In this document: piece after piece, positions 30,301 through 40,203 of the stretch
Numbering within the stretch: position 1 is the stretch's first letter
Layout of the letters: every line of letters begins with the position of its first letter
NCBI GenBank assembly: GCA_964599915.1
Contig: CAZRHR010000002.1
Span: 3,617 to 67,616, forward strand
Direction of reading: 5' to 3'
DNA from: an uncultured Candidatus Competibacteraceae bacterium
GTDB taxonomy: Bacteria; Bacteroidota; Bacteroidia; CAIKAF01
Length of the DNA: 64,000 bases
Translations under genes and position numbers: made by a program
The notes under the pieces: generated by a model
The model's input: the letters and a program-made list of their open reading frames with translations, nothing else
Told to the model about the DNA's origin: nothing
The model's database searches: none

Positions 30301-30989
30301 TCAAATTTATAACCAACCCCTTTAACGGTTTTAATGCAGGAGTCGCCTATTTTCTCCCGCAATTTACGAATATGTACATCAATGGTCCGGTCGCCAACCA
30401 CCACCTCATCTCCCCAAACTTTTTTCAATATTTTTTCTCGAGAAAAAACCTTGCCCGGTTTGCCGGCAAGAAGGTACAGGAGTTCGAATTCTTTTTTAGG
30501 CAAATGGAATTGGACGTCATTTTGTGTCACCACATAGGCATCCCGGTCGATGACCAAGTTGCTCACCCGAATCACGTCTTGTATGACTTGCTCTTTGGGT
30601 TTATCCTGAGGAAACCTTCTCAGTAATGCGGCCACACGGCTCATCAGCACACGCGGCCTGAGCGGTTTTGAAATATAATCATCGGCACCCGCTTCAAAAC
30701 CAGCAATTTGAGAATAATCTTCGCCCCGGGCGGTTAAAAAGCATACAAGCGTATGTTGTAAAGATTCATGGGTCCGGATTTCTTTCAACGTTTCTATGCC
30801 ATCCAAATCCGGCATCATCACGTCTAAAATGACCAGATGAGGCAAAAATTGTAAAGCCGTTTTTACCGCGTCTTTTCCATTGCTTGCAGTAGCAATTTGG
30901 TAACCTTCGCGGCGGAGGTTGTAAGACAAGATTTCCAGAATATCTGGCTCATCGTCTACTAATAATATTCTAAAGCTTTCATTTTCCAT
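30294..30989 (-). CDS. OmpR-family response regulator
   Basis: The receiver domain starts ILLVDDEPDI, with the phospho-acceptor in LVILDVMMPDLDG. A winged-helix C-terminus follows. 7-bp overlap with the kinase gene. Confidence 0.9.
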   Translation of the reverse strand: MENESFRILLVDDEPDILEILSYNLRREGYQIATASNGKDAVKTALQFLPHLVILDVMMPDLDGIETLKEIRTHESLQHTLVCFLTARGEDYSQIAGFEAGADDYISKPLRPRVLMSRVAALLRRFPQDKPKEQVIQDVIRVSNLVIDRDAYVVTQNDVQFHLPKKEFELLYLLAGKPGKVFSREKILKKVWGDEVVVGDRTIDVHIRKLREKIGDSCIKTVKGVGYKFEW

Positions 30990-31248
30990 ATAAATCTTAC
31001 CTGAATTTGCACCAAAGTTAAGCTGCGAAAATTAATTTAATGTTAAGCATTACGAATTTTATATACAGAATTTCAAATTGTTAAAACAAAAATTTAATTC
31101 TTAAATCAAGGCAAAAAGTGGCAAAAACACATTACATGTTTAATATTAAGCAAGGAGATGTGTTGGCACTTGGAAATTTTCAAACCAATCCTATACCTTT
31201 GTGATAAGTTAAAACAAACTAAATTTAAACCACAAAAGGGCGTACACA

Positions 31249-31493
31249 TGAAGTTTACCGCACTCCCCACGGCAGACACAGAACTAGAATCATCGATGTT
31301 CGGTGTGCACATGTACATGGCTTCCGCTTCCGGTTTCGGCCCGGAAGATGAGGATGAGGACGATGACATGGATGATGATCTCTTCGATGACGACGAGGAT
31401 GACAGCGATGATGATGAGCTGGATTTTCTCGAAGACTCTGACCTGGAAGACTTCGACACTTATGACGAAGAGGATGAAGAGGATTTCTACTAA
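31249..31493 (+). CDS. small, extremely acidic protein (C-terminal ~50 aa almost entirely D/E)
   Basis: 81-aa ORF; mixed synonymous codons (GAT/GAC/GAA/GAG) argue for selection on the protein rather than a simple repeat. It has its own downstream terminator. An antisense poly-Ser ORF overlaps it. Confidence 0.55.
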
Positions 31494-31523
31494 TTTCATC
31501 CTAAGGTTCAACGGATTGTTTAC

Positions 31524-31553
31524 GGCCACCTGTTATCGGGTGGTCTTTTTTTT
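31524..31553 (+). terminator. rho-independent terminator after acidic-protein gene
   Basis: GGCCACC-tgttatcg-GGTGGTC stem followed by eight T residues. Confidence 0.7.
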
Positions 31554-31566
31554 GTAACCTGCGGCC

Positions 31567-32568
31567 ATGCAATTTCAACGGTTTATCACAGATATTTTCC
31601 ACATCCAAAACGAAACCCAATTCGACCGCCTGGCCCTGCAATTATTTTATTATCAAGCTGAAAAAGTAGATGTGTATCGAAGGTTCATCGCCGCATTAGG
31701 AGTAACCGCTAAACGCATTAAGCGCGTGAAAGATATTCCTTTCATGCCTGTTGAATTTTTCCGCGACCATGCTGTGCATGACCAGCCCGAAAATCCCGCC
31801 TTATGTTTTGAATCTTCCGCCACCACCCAAACCCAACGTTCACGACATTTTGTACATGCACCCGGACTTTATGAAAAAAGCTTCTTAGAAGGCTTTACCC
31901 GCCAATATGGTGCGCCGGAAAACTGGGCCATCCTCGGTTTACTTCCCTCCTATTTAGACCGACCCAATGCGTCACTGCTCTACATGACTGCCGAACTTAT
32001 CCGAAGGTCGCCTTTTCAACAAAGTGGATTTTATCCCACAGCAGACGAACATTTCATTGGCGCCGTCCATGCGGCCCAACAAGCTAAAATACCAACACTG
32101 GTTCTTGGGGTTAGTTTTGCCCTGCTAGATTGGGCAGAAGCATATCCCATGCCACTAAACGGTATTACCCTAATGGAAACCGGCGGCATGAAAGGCCGAC
32201 GCGAAGAATGGATTCGCGATGCACTCCACCAAAAGCTTATGCGGGCCTTTGGTCTTTCCGCTATTCATTCAGAATATGGCATGACGGAAATGCTGTCCCA
32301 ATGCTACGCCAAAGAAAAAGGATGGTTCAAAGCGCCTCCTTGGGTTAAAATTCAAATCCGTGACCCGAAAGACCCCTTCGACCTAGTCCCTACGGGCACA
32401 CTCGGAGGCGTTAATATTATTGATTTGGCTAACCTACACTCCTGCGCATTTATTGCCGTTCAAGACGTAGGAAGAATGCGTGAAGACGGAAAATTCAGTA
32501 TTGAAGGAAGATTCGATGAGGCCGATGTCCGTGGATGCAACCTCATGGCTCCTCCACGTTCAGAATAA
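31567..32568 (+). CDS. LuxE/PaaK-like acyl-protein synthetase (adenylate-forming enzyme)
   Basis: 333 aa. The N-terminal region and overall pattern resemble Bacteroidota LuxE-family acyl-protein synthetases. The call is from memory of the family, not a motif proof. Confidence 0.5.
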   Translation: MQFQRFITDIFHIQNETQFDRLALQLFYYQAEKVDVYRRFIAALGVTAKRIKRVKDIPFMPVEFFRDHAVHDQPENPALCFESSATTQTQRSRHFVHAPGLYEKSFLEGFTRQYGAPENWAILGLLPSYLDRPNASLLYMTAELIRRSPFQQSGFYPTADEHFIGAVHAAQQAKIPTLVLGVSFALLDWAEAYPMPLNGITLMETGGMKGRREEWIRDALHQKLMRAFGLSAIHSEYGMTEMLSQCYAKEKGWFKAPPWVKIQIRDPKDPFDLVPTGTLGGVNIIDLANLHSCAFIAVQDVGRMREDGKFSIEGRFDEADVRGCNLMAPPRSE

Positions 32569-32569
32569 A

Positions 32570-33229
32570 TTACACGTTGATAAAATTCATCAGGTTTTCA
32601 AAACGGGCATCCAAATCGTCGTCTCCGTTCCCATGATAAAGGCCCTTCACCACATAATTATACCGATGGAATGTGGCTATCACGGCCCGCAAATCTTGTC
32701 GGTTCACCTTTAATGTAACTTCTACTTGACTAGTGTCCGGAATGGATTGTACATAGACGAAGAGAATTTTGGCATCATTGGATTCTACAATCTGAGAAAT
32801 CTGGGCCAAAGAATAATCTCGCTCAGGTATGTCCAAAGCTAAAATCCCACCCGGATCACGAATGGAAGTAATAGACGAAAGGTAAGCAACCAATTCTTCT
32901 TGGGTGATAAGGCCCAAATATTTGTCCTGCTCATCTAAAACTGCAATCGAAGACAAAGAAAGCAGGTTCACAATGCGTAACACTTCCAATACATGATCCG
33001 TAGCCCTTACAAAGGGCTTAGGCAAAGAAAGCGCATGGTTACCAAGGGCTTCTTCCGGTTGGTTTAAGGCATAAATGTCGTCCTCTGAAATCATACCCAA
33101 AAAGTCCGCATGGTTCACAATGGGCAAATGCGCCAATTTGAACTCTTCCATCCAAGCAATGGCTTTAAGGCCGGGATCGCTGGTGCGAAGTGGTGGGATA
33201 TCGGTGGATATGATTTCGGCTGCTAACAT
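32570..33229 (-). CDS. CBS domain pair protein
   Basis: Two CBS-like repeats (LPIVNHADFLGMISEDDI and IAVLDEQDKYLGLITQEEL). Confidence 0.7.
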   Translation of the reverse strand: MLAAEIISTDIPPLRTSDPGLKAIAWMEEFKLAHLPIVNHADFLGMISEDDIYALNQPEEALGNHALSLPKPFVRATDHVLEVLRIVNLLSLSSIAVLDEQDKYLGLITQEELVAYLSSITSIRDPGGILALDIPERDYSLAQISQIVESNDAKILFVYVQSIPDTSQVEVTLKVNRQDLRAVIATFHRYNYVVKGLYHGNGDDDLDARFENLMNFINV

Positions 33230-33307
33230 GAGGTTCTAACAACTTTTCCTAAGAAACGGTTGCAATATTGAAACAATTCTCCAAATAATTTAGTTTTTTC
33301 GCAAACC

Positions 33308-34024
33308 ATGGTGCATTTATCTGTAAATATTAACAAAGTAGCCACCCTTCGGAATGCCAGGGGCGGACAAAGACCCCATGTGGTTCAAGTGGCGCTTGAT
33401 TGTGAACAATTTGGTGCAGACGGGATTACGGTTCATCCACGACCAGATCAAAGACATATCCGCCGGCAAGACGTACTCGACTTAGCGCCTGTGTTGACTA
33501 CAGAGTTTAACATTGAGGGCTTTCCGGATGAAGCTTTTCTAGATTTGGTGCTTAAAGTAAAGCCGGCACAAGTAACCCTCGTACCCGATCCACCCGGGGT
33601 GTTGACGTCCAACGCCGGCTGGGATACCCAAACCCATCTCACGTTTTTAACTGAAACAGTGGCCAGACTGCATGAAGCGGGCATTCGCGTCTCCATTTTC
33701 CTGGACCCCAAACCTGAACGCGTGGCCGCAGCGAAAGCCTGCGGCACCGACCGCATTGAACTATATACCGAAAGCTACGCAGCCCATTATTTTGAAGACC
33801 GAGCCAAAGCCATTGCTCCTTACAAGGTTACCGCCAAAGAAGCCCTGGACGCTGGCTTAGGCCTAAATGCCGGTCATGACCTAGACTTGGATAACCTGGC
33901 TTATTTCTGTCAGGAAATCGAAGGATTGCAGGAAGTTTCTATTGGCCATGCCTTGATCTGCGATGCCCTTTATTTTGGGCTGGACAATACCATTCGCATG
34001 TACAAACACCGTTGTCATTTCTAA
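33308..34024 (+). CDS. pdxJ: pyridoxine 5'-phosphate synthase
   Basis: [17 protein letters not shown] and [10 protein letters not shown] are PdxJ signature regions. 238 aa. Confidence 0.9.
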   Translation: MVHLSVNINKVATLRNARGGQRPHVVQVALDCEQFGADGITVHPRPDQRHIRRQDVLDLAPVLTTEFNIEGFPDEAFLDLVLKVKPAQVTLVPDPPGVLTSNAGWDTQTHLTFLTETVARLHEAGIRVSIFLDPKPERVAAAKACGTDRIELYTESYAAHYFEDRAKAIAPYKVTAKEALDAGLGLNAGHDLDLDNLAYFCQEIEGLQEVSIGHALICDALYFGLDNTIRMYKHRCHF

Positions 34025-34027
34025 TCC

Positions 34028-34807
34028 ATGTCGCCACTTTTTCATAACACGTACGGAGATAAAGGACCATGGCTGGTCATTTTACACGGACTTTTTGGCT
34101 CCGGTGACAACTGGGCAACGTTGGCCCGTAGGTGGCAAACAGAGGTTCGGGTATTGGTCATAGACATGCCCAACCATGGGAAATCACCTCATAGCCAAAA
34201 TTTTAATTATCCCGCCATGGCGGCAGCGGTAAAAGAAACCATCGAAAACGTTTGCCGGGAACCGGTGGTCCTTCTTGGCCATTCCATGGGAGGCAAAACG
34301 GCCATGTTTCTCGCCTGCATGGAACCAGCATGGGTGAAAAAACTCTTGGTCGCGGACATTTCACCAAAATATTATCCCGTACATCATCAAAAAATAATTG
34401 ACGCATTGTTGGGTTTACAGCCCGAAAAATACACTCGAAGGGCCGAAGCGGAACAAGCTTTTGCGGCCTATGGCATAGACCCGCCTTCTGCTCAGTTTCT
34501 GCTGAAAAATCTTTACCGCACAGAAGACGGTACCATGGCCTGGCGCTTCAACCTGCCGGTAATCGCGAAAAATATTGAACAAGTCGGCCTGGCTTTGCCG
34601 GAACAGGCAACCTATCACGGCCCAACCCTGTTTCTGCACGGAGGAAGAAGCCCGTATGTTTTAGCTGAAGATCATGCCACCATTTTCCATCATTTTCCCA
34701 ACGCACACATTCAAACCATTCCCAATGCCGGGCATTGGATTCATGCCGACCAGCCTGAATCCATGTATCAAATGGTTTTAGACTTCATCCACCATGACCC
34801 CATCTAA
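34028..34807 (+). CDS. alpha/beta hydrolase
   Basis: Nucleophile elbow GHSMGG is present, and the C-terminal His sits in AGHWIH. Confidence 0.8.
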   Translation: MSPLFHNTYGDKGPWLVILHGLFGSGDNWATLARRWQTEVRVLVIDMPNHGKSPHSQNFNYPAMAAAVKETIENVCREPVVLLGHSMGGKTAMFLACMEPAWVKKLLVADISPKYYPVHHQKIIDALLGLQPEKYTRRAEAEQAFAAYGIDPPSAQFLLKNLYRTEDGTMAWRFNLPVIAKNIEQVGLALPEQATYHGPTLFLHGGRSPYVLAEDHATIFHHFPNAHIQTIPNAGHWIHADQPESMYQMVLDFIHHDPI

Positions 34808-35249
34808 GGTAAGACCGGCCAGAACAGAAGATGCGCCGACCATTTTTCAACTGATTCAAGACCTTGCGACTTTTGAAAAGGCACCGAAGGATGTGGAGAT
34901 TACCGTGGAGCAACTCGTTCAAGATGGGTTTGGGCCATTTCCTGCTTTTCATGCATGGGTCGTAGAGGCAGAAAACCAAGAAATCGTGGGTTTTGCTTTA
35001 GTGTATTTCAGATATTCCACATGGAAAGGCACCACATTGTATTTGGAAGATTTATATGTAAAACCTGATTTCCGACGATCCGGAGCCGCCAGCCAACTTA
35101 TGCAGGCCATCATGGAGTTTGGAAAAGCGAAAGGCTGCAAATACTTGCAATGGGAAGTATTAGAATGGAATAAAAACGCCTTACTTTTCTATGAAAAATG
35201 GGGTGCGCGCTTTGATGCCGAATGGATTAAAGGTCGATTAACTTTGTAA
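34794..35249 (+). CDS. GNAT family N-acetyltransferase
   Basis: 151 aa with an acetyl-CoA-binding motif (RRSGAASQLMQ). Confidence 0.75.
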   Translation: MTPSKVRPARTEDAPTIFQLIQDLATFEKAPKDVEITVEQLVQDGFGPFPAFHAWVVEAENQEIVGFALVYFRYSTWKGTTLYLEDLYVKPDFRRSGAASQLMQAIMEFGKAKGCKYLQWEVLEWNKNALLFYEKWGARFDAEWIKGRLTL

Positions 35250-35251
35250 CC

Positions 35252-36541
35252 ATGGGTACACTGGTCTATAAATTTGGCGGCGCATCATTAAAAGATGCAG
35301 CGGGAATCCGCAGAATGTCTGAATTGCTTAGGCAAATCGCACCGGGAAACACTTGTTGGGTGGTGGTATCCGCCATGGGAAAAACCACCAATGCCTTAGA
35401 AAAAGTTGTCGATTGTCTGGTCGAAGGTAGAACGGCGAATGAGCATCTACCATCTATTTTCGCCCATCATCAGCAAGTGATTTCAGACTTATTTCCAGCT
35501 GACCACGCTGTGCACCATACATTTAACAATCTTTGGAACCAGTGGTTAGAGCAACTTCCTTCCCTCGCCCATGGTGCTTTCGACCAAATCTATGACCAGG
35601 TCGTCTCCATGGGAGAAAACCTATCTGTTTTTGTTTTCAGCACATGGTGTACTCATGTCGGACTTCCCGCCTACCCCATGTCCTCCGGAGATTGGTTGGT
35701 TACGGACGACCGATACCGAGAGGCACGGGTAGATTTTCCCGCTTCTGCCTTGGCTTTGCAAGAAATATCAAAAAACGTGCAGGCCCAAATCCATATCACC
35801 CAGGGATTTGTCGGAAAAAATCCTGCAGGATACTGGACCACGCTGGGCAGAGAAGGGAGCGACTATTCTGCGGCAATTCTAGGCTATCTGCTTGATGCCA
35901 AGGAAGTCACCATTTGGAAAGATGTAGCTGGAGTCCTCAATGCCGATCCACAACTTTTTCCGCATGCTGCATGGCTTCCTGAACTTTCTTACCGCGACAC
36001 CATCGAATTGGCCTATTTTGGCGCATCTGTAATCCATCCCCGCACTTTACAACCCCTTCAACAGAAACAAATTGTGTTGCGTGTAGCCAGCTTTATGCAG
36101 CCGCAACTACCCGGAACACGGATTCATGATAAGGCGGAAGCGCCCCAAATCCCAGCCATCATTGTAAAACAAAACCAAGTCTTGGTTACGTTGCGACCCA
36201 TAGATTTCAGTTTTGTCATGGAAGAAATCACTGGGCAGCTTTTTCACACGCTTGCAGAACTGAAAATCAGGGTGAACCTGATTCAACATTCGGCAGTGAC
36301 TTTACGGCTTTGTTTAGATTACGACCCAAGGCGTTTACGTTCCTTGCAAGAACGCCTTACAGAAAAATATTTTTGGGAGGAAACCACAGGCTTAGCCTTG
36401 GTCACCTTGAGGTGGTACACACCAGATTTAGTAAGCGACCTACAAAAAGACAAGCCCGTTTTATTAAGTCAACAAACGGCGGAAACCCTAAGGTTTATTA
36501 CAGAACAACCCCCTGCTTGGAATTCCAGATCCTGGTCTTGA
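35252..36541 (+). CDS. lysC: aspartate kinase
   Basis: N-terminal VYKFGGASL, the amino-acid kinase fold and C-terminal ACT region are present. Confidence 0.85.
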   Translation: MGTLVYKFGGASLKDAAGIRRMSELLRQIAPGNTCWVVVSAMGKTTNALEKVVDCLVEGRTANEHLPSIFAHHQQVISDLFPADHAVHHTFNNLWNQWLEQLPSLAHGAFDQIYDQVVSMGENLSVFVFSTWCTHVGLPAYPMSSGDWLVTDDRYREARVDFPASALALQEISKNVQAQIHITQGFVGKNPAGYWTTLGREGSDYSAAILGYLLDAKEVTIWKDVAGVLNADPQLFPHAAWLPELSYRDTIELAYFGASVIHPRTLQPLQQKQIVLRVASFMQPQLPGTRIHDKAEAPQIPAIIVKQNQVLVTLRPIDFSFVMEEITGQLFHTLAELKIRVNLIQHSAVTLRLCLDYDPRRLRSLQERLTEKYFWEETTGLALVTLRWYTPDLVSDLQKDKPVLLSQQTAETLRFITEQPPAWNSRSWS

Positions 36542-36577
36542 AATCAGGCTTTTAAAAAGTGGAATGCGCTTCTGTAT

Positions 36578-37024
36578 TCAGGCACGCATGGCATTAAAAA
36601 ATCGGAGATAGGCTTTTTTTCTGTAGGCCATTTGATAGCGAATTAAAAACCCCATTGGCCAAAAAAGAAAGGAGGAAAACGTGAGGTGAATGTCATCTAC
36701 AATAACGGCACCCTCTTCTGTATCTCTTATATAGTGAAGGTGTTTCCAGGACTTTAGAAAAAAGGGCAGCCGTGTACCTTCGTCAATGAACCAAAAAGAA
36801 TGGTCAGTTTGGCCATGCTGGGTGATTAAACTTTCCCACATTATTGGCAAGAAGGCAGGCCCCAAGCGCAAAACGACGGTATCACCGGTAGTACAACCGC
36901 CAAAATGGACCACTTTCATGGGCATCCATGGCGGATTAAGGGCTTTAAATAAAGCTTCATTAAATCCCTGCTGAATGGTTTGCACCGATTGCGGGAGGGG
37001 AGGACTGCAGACGTAAATTTTCAT
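36578..37024 (-). CDS. hypothetical protein
   Basis: ORF-track 214-aa frame shortened to the internal start MKIYV at 37024, which avoids overlap with folK. No motif recognised. Confidence 0.3.
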   Translation of the reverse strand: MKIYVCSPPLPQSVQTIQQGFNEALFKALNPPWMPMKVVHFGGCTTGDTVVLRLGPAFLPIMWESLITQHGQTDHSFWFIDEGTRLPFFLKSWKHLHYIRDTEEGAVIVDDIHLTFSSFLFWPMGFLIRYQMAYRKKAYLRFFNAMRA

Positions 37025-37054
37025 TTCCTTTGTGTGAAACGAAAGAATAACCAA

Positions 37055-37549
37055 ATGGTTCAAGCCGTCATCCAATTGGGAGGAAACCTTCCTGGCACCT
37101 TTGAAAAAATGGGTGCTTTTTCGGCTTGGATTACAGCGCAGGGGTGTCAAGTGGTGCACCAATCGAAAATTTATAAGACGACACCTTGGGAAATGACCGG
37201 TGTACCAGATTTTTTGAACCAAATTATACTGGTGAGCACCCAGGATGAACCGGAGAAGTTTTTAGGTGTATTGCTTTCCTATGAAAAAATGTGTGGCAGG
37301 GAACGAAGTGCAGAAAGTGGCTATGTTTCGCGAATCATAGATGTTGATTTATTGCTTCATGGTTCCACGATAATGCAATCTCCCAGCCTCATATTACCTC
37401 ATCCCCGCATGCATTTGCGAAGGTTTATTTTGCTTCCACTTGCCGAAGTTGAACCCCATCTCATCCATCCCGTGTTGAAAAAAACCATGCAAGATTTACT
37501 TTTAGCGTGTCCGGACAAAGGAGAAGTACATATTTTTGAGCATGGATAA
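37055..37549 (+). CDS. folK: 2-amino-4-hydroxy-6-hydroxymethyldihydropteridine pyrophosphokinase
   Basis: IDVDLLL and PHPRMHLRRFILLPL match HPPK hallmarks. Start taken at MVQAVIQLGGN. Confidence 0.85.
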   Translation: MVQAVIQLGGNLPGTFEKMGAFSAWITAQGCQVVHQSKIYKTTPWEMTGVPDFLNQIILVSTQDEPEKFLGVLLSYEKMCGRERSAESGYVSRIIDVDLLLHGSTIMQSPSLILPHPRMHLRRFILLPLAEVEPHLIHPVLKKTMQDLLLACPDKGEVHIFEHG

Positions 37550-38204
37550 ATCGGGCTGGTCATACCTGGTTGTGGAAGGCAACATTGGGGCGGGGAAAAC
37601 CACCCTCGCAAAAATGATTGCTGAAAGAAGTTCAGCCCGCCTTATGCTGGAACAATTCAGTGACAACCCATTCTTGCCGGGATTTTATAAAGACCCTGCA
37701 AAGTATGCGTTTCCACTTGAATTAAGCTTTTTGGCGGAACGCTACCAACAGATGAAAGATGAATTGCAGCCGGATTTGTTTCAACCTCTGATGGTGGCAG
37801 ATTATTTTGTGATGAAATCTGTCATTTTCGCCAGAATTAATCTGCCCGAACCGGAATTCCTGCTTTTTGAACGATTGTTTAGCATCATTAGAGACCACAT
37901 TAGACTCCCCGATCGCATCTTGTATTTACATTCTGAAAAAGATCGTTTAAGGAAAAACATTGTTTCCAGAGGCCGATCGTATGAACAAGAAATCCCAGAT
38001 GATTACCTGGCCAGCATCCAATCAGGGTATTTTGAATTATTAAAACAACTTCCCGGTGTGCCTGTGGTTGTGGTCGATGTTACGGAATATGATTTCGTTC
38101 AACAACCCATTATTCTCGAACAATTGATTTCATTTACCCAAATCCCATTGTCCCCTGGAATCCATTTCAAAGAACTTATGCCACCAGGCCATATGCATAA
38201 ATGA
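37536..38204 (+). CDS. deoxynucleoside kinase
   Basis: P-loop VVEGNIGAGKTT and the dNK/dCK/dGK family pattern are present. 222 aa. Confidence 0.8.
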   Translation: MSMDKSGWSYLVVEGNIGAGKTTLAKMIAERSSARLMLEQFSDNPFLPGFYKDPAKYAFPLELSFLAERYQQMKDELQPDLFQPLMVADYFVMKSVIFARINLPEPEFLLFERLFSIIRDHIRLPDRILYLHSEKDRLRKNIVSRGRSYEQEIPDDYLASIQSGYFELLKQLPGVPVVVVDVTEYDFVQQPIILEQLISFTQIPLSPGIHFKELMPPGHMHK

Positions 38205-38430
38205 AATTTATAAAAAGGATGGCACTAAAAACCTTAAAATCCAATATAAATTTCCGTACAATCCTGACATAAAATGGGTTTTGAGCTAAAAGGTAGAAGC
38301 TAAAATTATTTTTTCTCCCGAAAAAAAGAGAGAAAAAACCTCTTCAAATCCTAAAAATGTGATAAATAGCCCTGCAAAATTTCCAATTTGCAAAACTAAC
38401 TGCTATTTTCGCAGTTGAGAATTAATACGA

Positions 38431-40125
38431 TTGAGTATGTCCCTGAAAAAAATCGGTGCAATAGCCGTAGTTGGTGCAGCCCTAACAGGTTGTGGAAAAT
38501 TTAACCTAAACCTTATCAATTATAAGGTGAATCCAAGCCCTCTGGAATTACATAACGATTCAGTGACCATCACGGTTTCCGCAGAATATCCAGCCAAACT
38601 TATGCCCCGCAAAGGCAGCGCGGTAGTAACACCTGTTCTTAAATACAAAGGTGGAGAAAGAGCTTTCAAAGCTGTCACCTTCCAAGGCGATAGAGCAACC
38701 GGAAATGGCGAAGTAATCAGCCGCGACGGTGGTTCCATCAAAGCATATAAATCTACCATAGCGTTTACAGATGCTATGGAAGTAGCTGAACTTCATGTAA
38801 CCGGCGTTGGTTCAGTTAATGGTAAAGAGAAGAAAACGGAAACCACCACCACCCCAATCGCATTGGGTGTCATTACCACTCCAAGACTGGTGCAACCGAC
38901 CGCTCGCTTTACCGCTGCTCCAAACAAATTTGGCCCTGTATACAAAACCCAAAAAGTAACTTTCTTCTTCGCCTACAACTCTGCGGTGCTTCGCCCCGGC
39001 GAGAGAAAATCGGAAGAAATGAAAGCTTTCCGGGCATTTGTAGACGAACAGATGGCAGCCGGTGCTACCTTAGAAAAATTAGATATTCAAGGTTGGGCTT
39101 CACCAGATGGAGAAGAAACCAAAAACCAAACCCTTTCTAATGGACGTGCTGAGGCGGTGCGGAAAATGTTCATGGACTATTTCGTAAAAGAAAAGAAAGT
39201 GACCACCGTTCAATTTACTTCTAATGGTAATGGCGAAGACCGCTCCGGTTTCTCAAGCAAAATGGGAAATGCTCAATTCGAGAAGAAAAGCGACATCACC
39301 ACTAAAGTAAACAATGGCGTAAGCAACGCAGAACTTCGCAAACTCGGTGCATCTATTTTCGCCACCCTAGAAAAAGAAGTATTAGGCCCATTACGTCGGG
39401 TAGAAGTGACCCTCACCGTAAAAGAAAGAGAGAAAACCAACGAGGAATTGCTTTCTTTTGCCATGAGCAACCCTGAAAAACTCAACATTGAAGAGTTTTT
39501 ACATACGGCTGATAAAGTGGCTACCACCAACGAACAACGTCTCCAAATTCTCGCCAATGCCGAGCGTCAATTCCCTGAAGATGCTCGTCCTTTCAACAAC
39601 AGAGGCGTAATCTTCACCCAAAACAACAAATTTGATGAAGCCCTCCAAGAATTTTTAAAGGCGGAGAAATTGGCGCCTAACGATATGGCCATTAAGGGTA
39701 ACATCGGTGGAATTTATGTACGCAAAGGTGACCGCGCCAAAGCCCTCCAGTACCTTACACCAGCCCGTGGTGCAAACAAAGACGCAGATTACAACCTTGG
39801 TACTATTTTTATCAGCCAAGCCAAGTATAGCGACGCTGTAAGTTTATTTGGTAGCGATTGTTCCTTCAATGCTGCCTTGGCGCAAATTTTGGCAGGTTCA
39901 CCTGAAAAAGCCATGAACACCCTAAGCTGTGCTAAAGAGAAAGATGAGGCTATGTCCTTCTATCTACGTGCAGTAGCTGCTGCTCGCACCAAGAGCAACC
40001 AAGCGGTATTTGAAAACCTACGATCAGCCATCCAGAAAGATGCTAGCTTAAAGGCCAAGGCCAAAGCTGACTTAGAATTCTTAAAACTTAGAGAGAACAG
40101 TGAGTTTACCAGCTTGGTGAATTGA
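38431..40125 (+). CDS. lipoprotein with C-terminal TPR repeats
   Basis: Lipobox ALTGCGK at the N-terminus. TPR-like repeats near the C-terminus (FNNRGVIFTQNNKFDEALQEFLKA and following). Confidence 0.55.
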   Translation: MSMSLKKIGAIAVVGAALTGCGKFNLNLINYKVNPSPLELHNDSVTITVSAEYPAKLMPRKGSAVVTPVLKYKGGERAFKAVTFQGDRATGNGEVISRDGGSIKAYKSTIAFTDAMEVAELHVTGVGSVNGKEKKTETTTTPIALGVITTPRLVQPTARFTAAPNKFGPVYKTQKVTFFFAYNSAVLRPGERKSEEMKAFRAFVDEQMAAGATLEKLDIQGWASPDGEETKNQTLSNGRAEAVRKMFMDYFVKEKKVTTVQFTSNGNGEDRSGFSSKMGNAQFEKKSDITTKVNNGVSNAELRKLGASIFATLEKEVLGPLRRVEVTLTVKEREKTNEELLSFAMSNPEKLNIEEFLHTADKVATTNEQRLQILANAERQFPEDARPFNNRGVIFTQNNKFDEALQEFLKAEKLAPNDMAIKGNIGGIYVRKGDRAKALQYLTPARGANKDADYNLGTIFISQAKYSDAVSLFGSDCSFNAALAQILAGSPEKAMNTLSCAKEKDEAMSFYLRAVAAARTKSNQAVFENLRSAIQKDASLKAKAKADLEFLKLRENSEFTSLVN

Positions 40126-40147
40126 TTTAGTTCATAAAACTAAGAAA

Positions 40148-40177
40148 GGCCGGTACGTTTGTATCGGCCTTTTTTTT
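40148..40177 (+). terminator. rho-independent terminator for the TPR lipoprotein gene
   Basis: GGCCG-gtacgtttgtat-CGGCC stem followed by eight T residues. Confidence 0.75.
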
Positions 40178-40182
40178 ATAAT

Positions 40183-40203
40183 AAAAAACCGGAGATCATC
40201 CGG
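40183..40203 (-). terminator. rho-independent terminator for engB (minus strand)
   Basis: On the minus strand: CCGGATGATCTCCGG hairpin followed by TTTTTT. Confidence 0.7.

Noticed and set aside
31160-31185. Sigma-54 (-24/-12) promoter upstream of the acidic protein gene: TGGCAC at 31165
   Set aside because: TGGCAC is present, but the downstream spacing and sequence (ttggaaatttt) do not give the required TTGC at -12.
31106-31459. 117-aa poly-serine ORF on the minus strand
   Set aside because: It is the exact antisense of the D/E-rich ORF, since GAN codons read as NTC/Ser-rich in reverse. The plus-strand gene has the promoter-like upstream region and a downstream intrinsic terminator, so the minus-strand ORF is most likely a mirror artefact.
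38205-38430. tRNA or small RNA gene in the AT-rich 226-bp spacer upstream of the TPR lipoprotein gene
   Set aside because: No cloverleaf-compatible pairing or conserved tRNA boxes were seen. The region looks like a plain AT-rich promoter.
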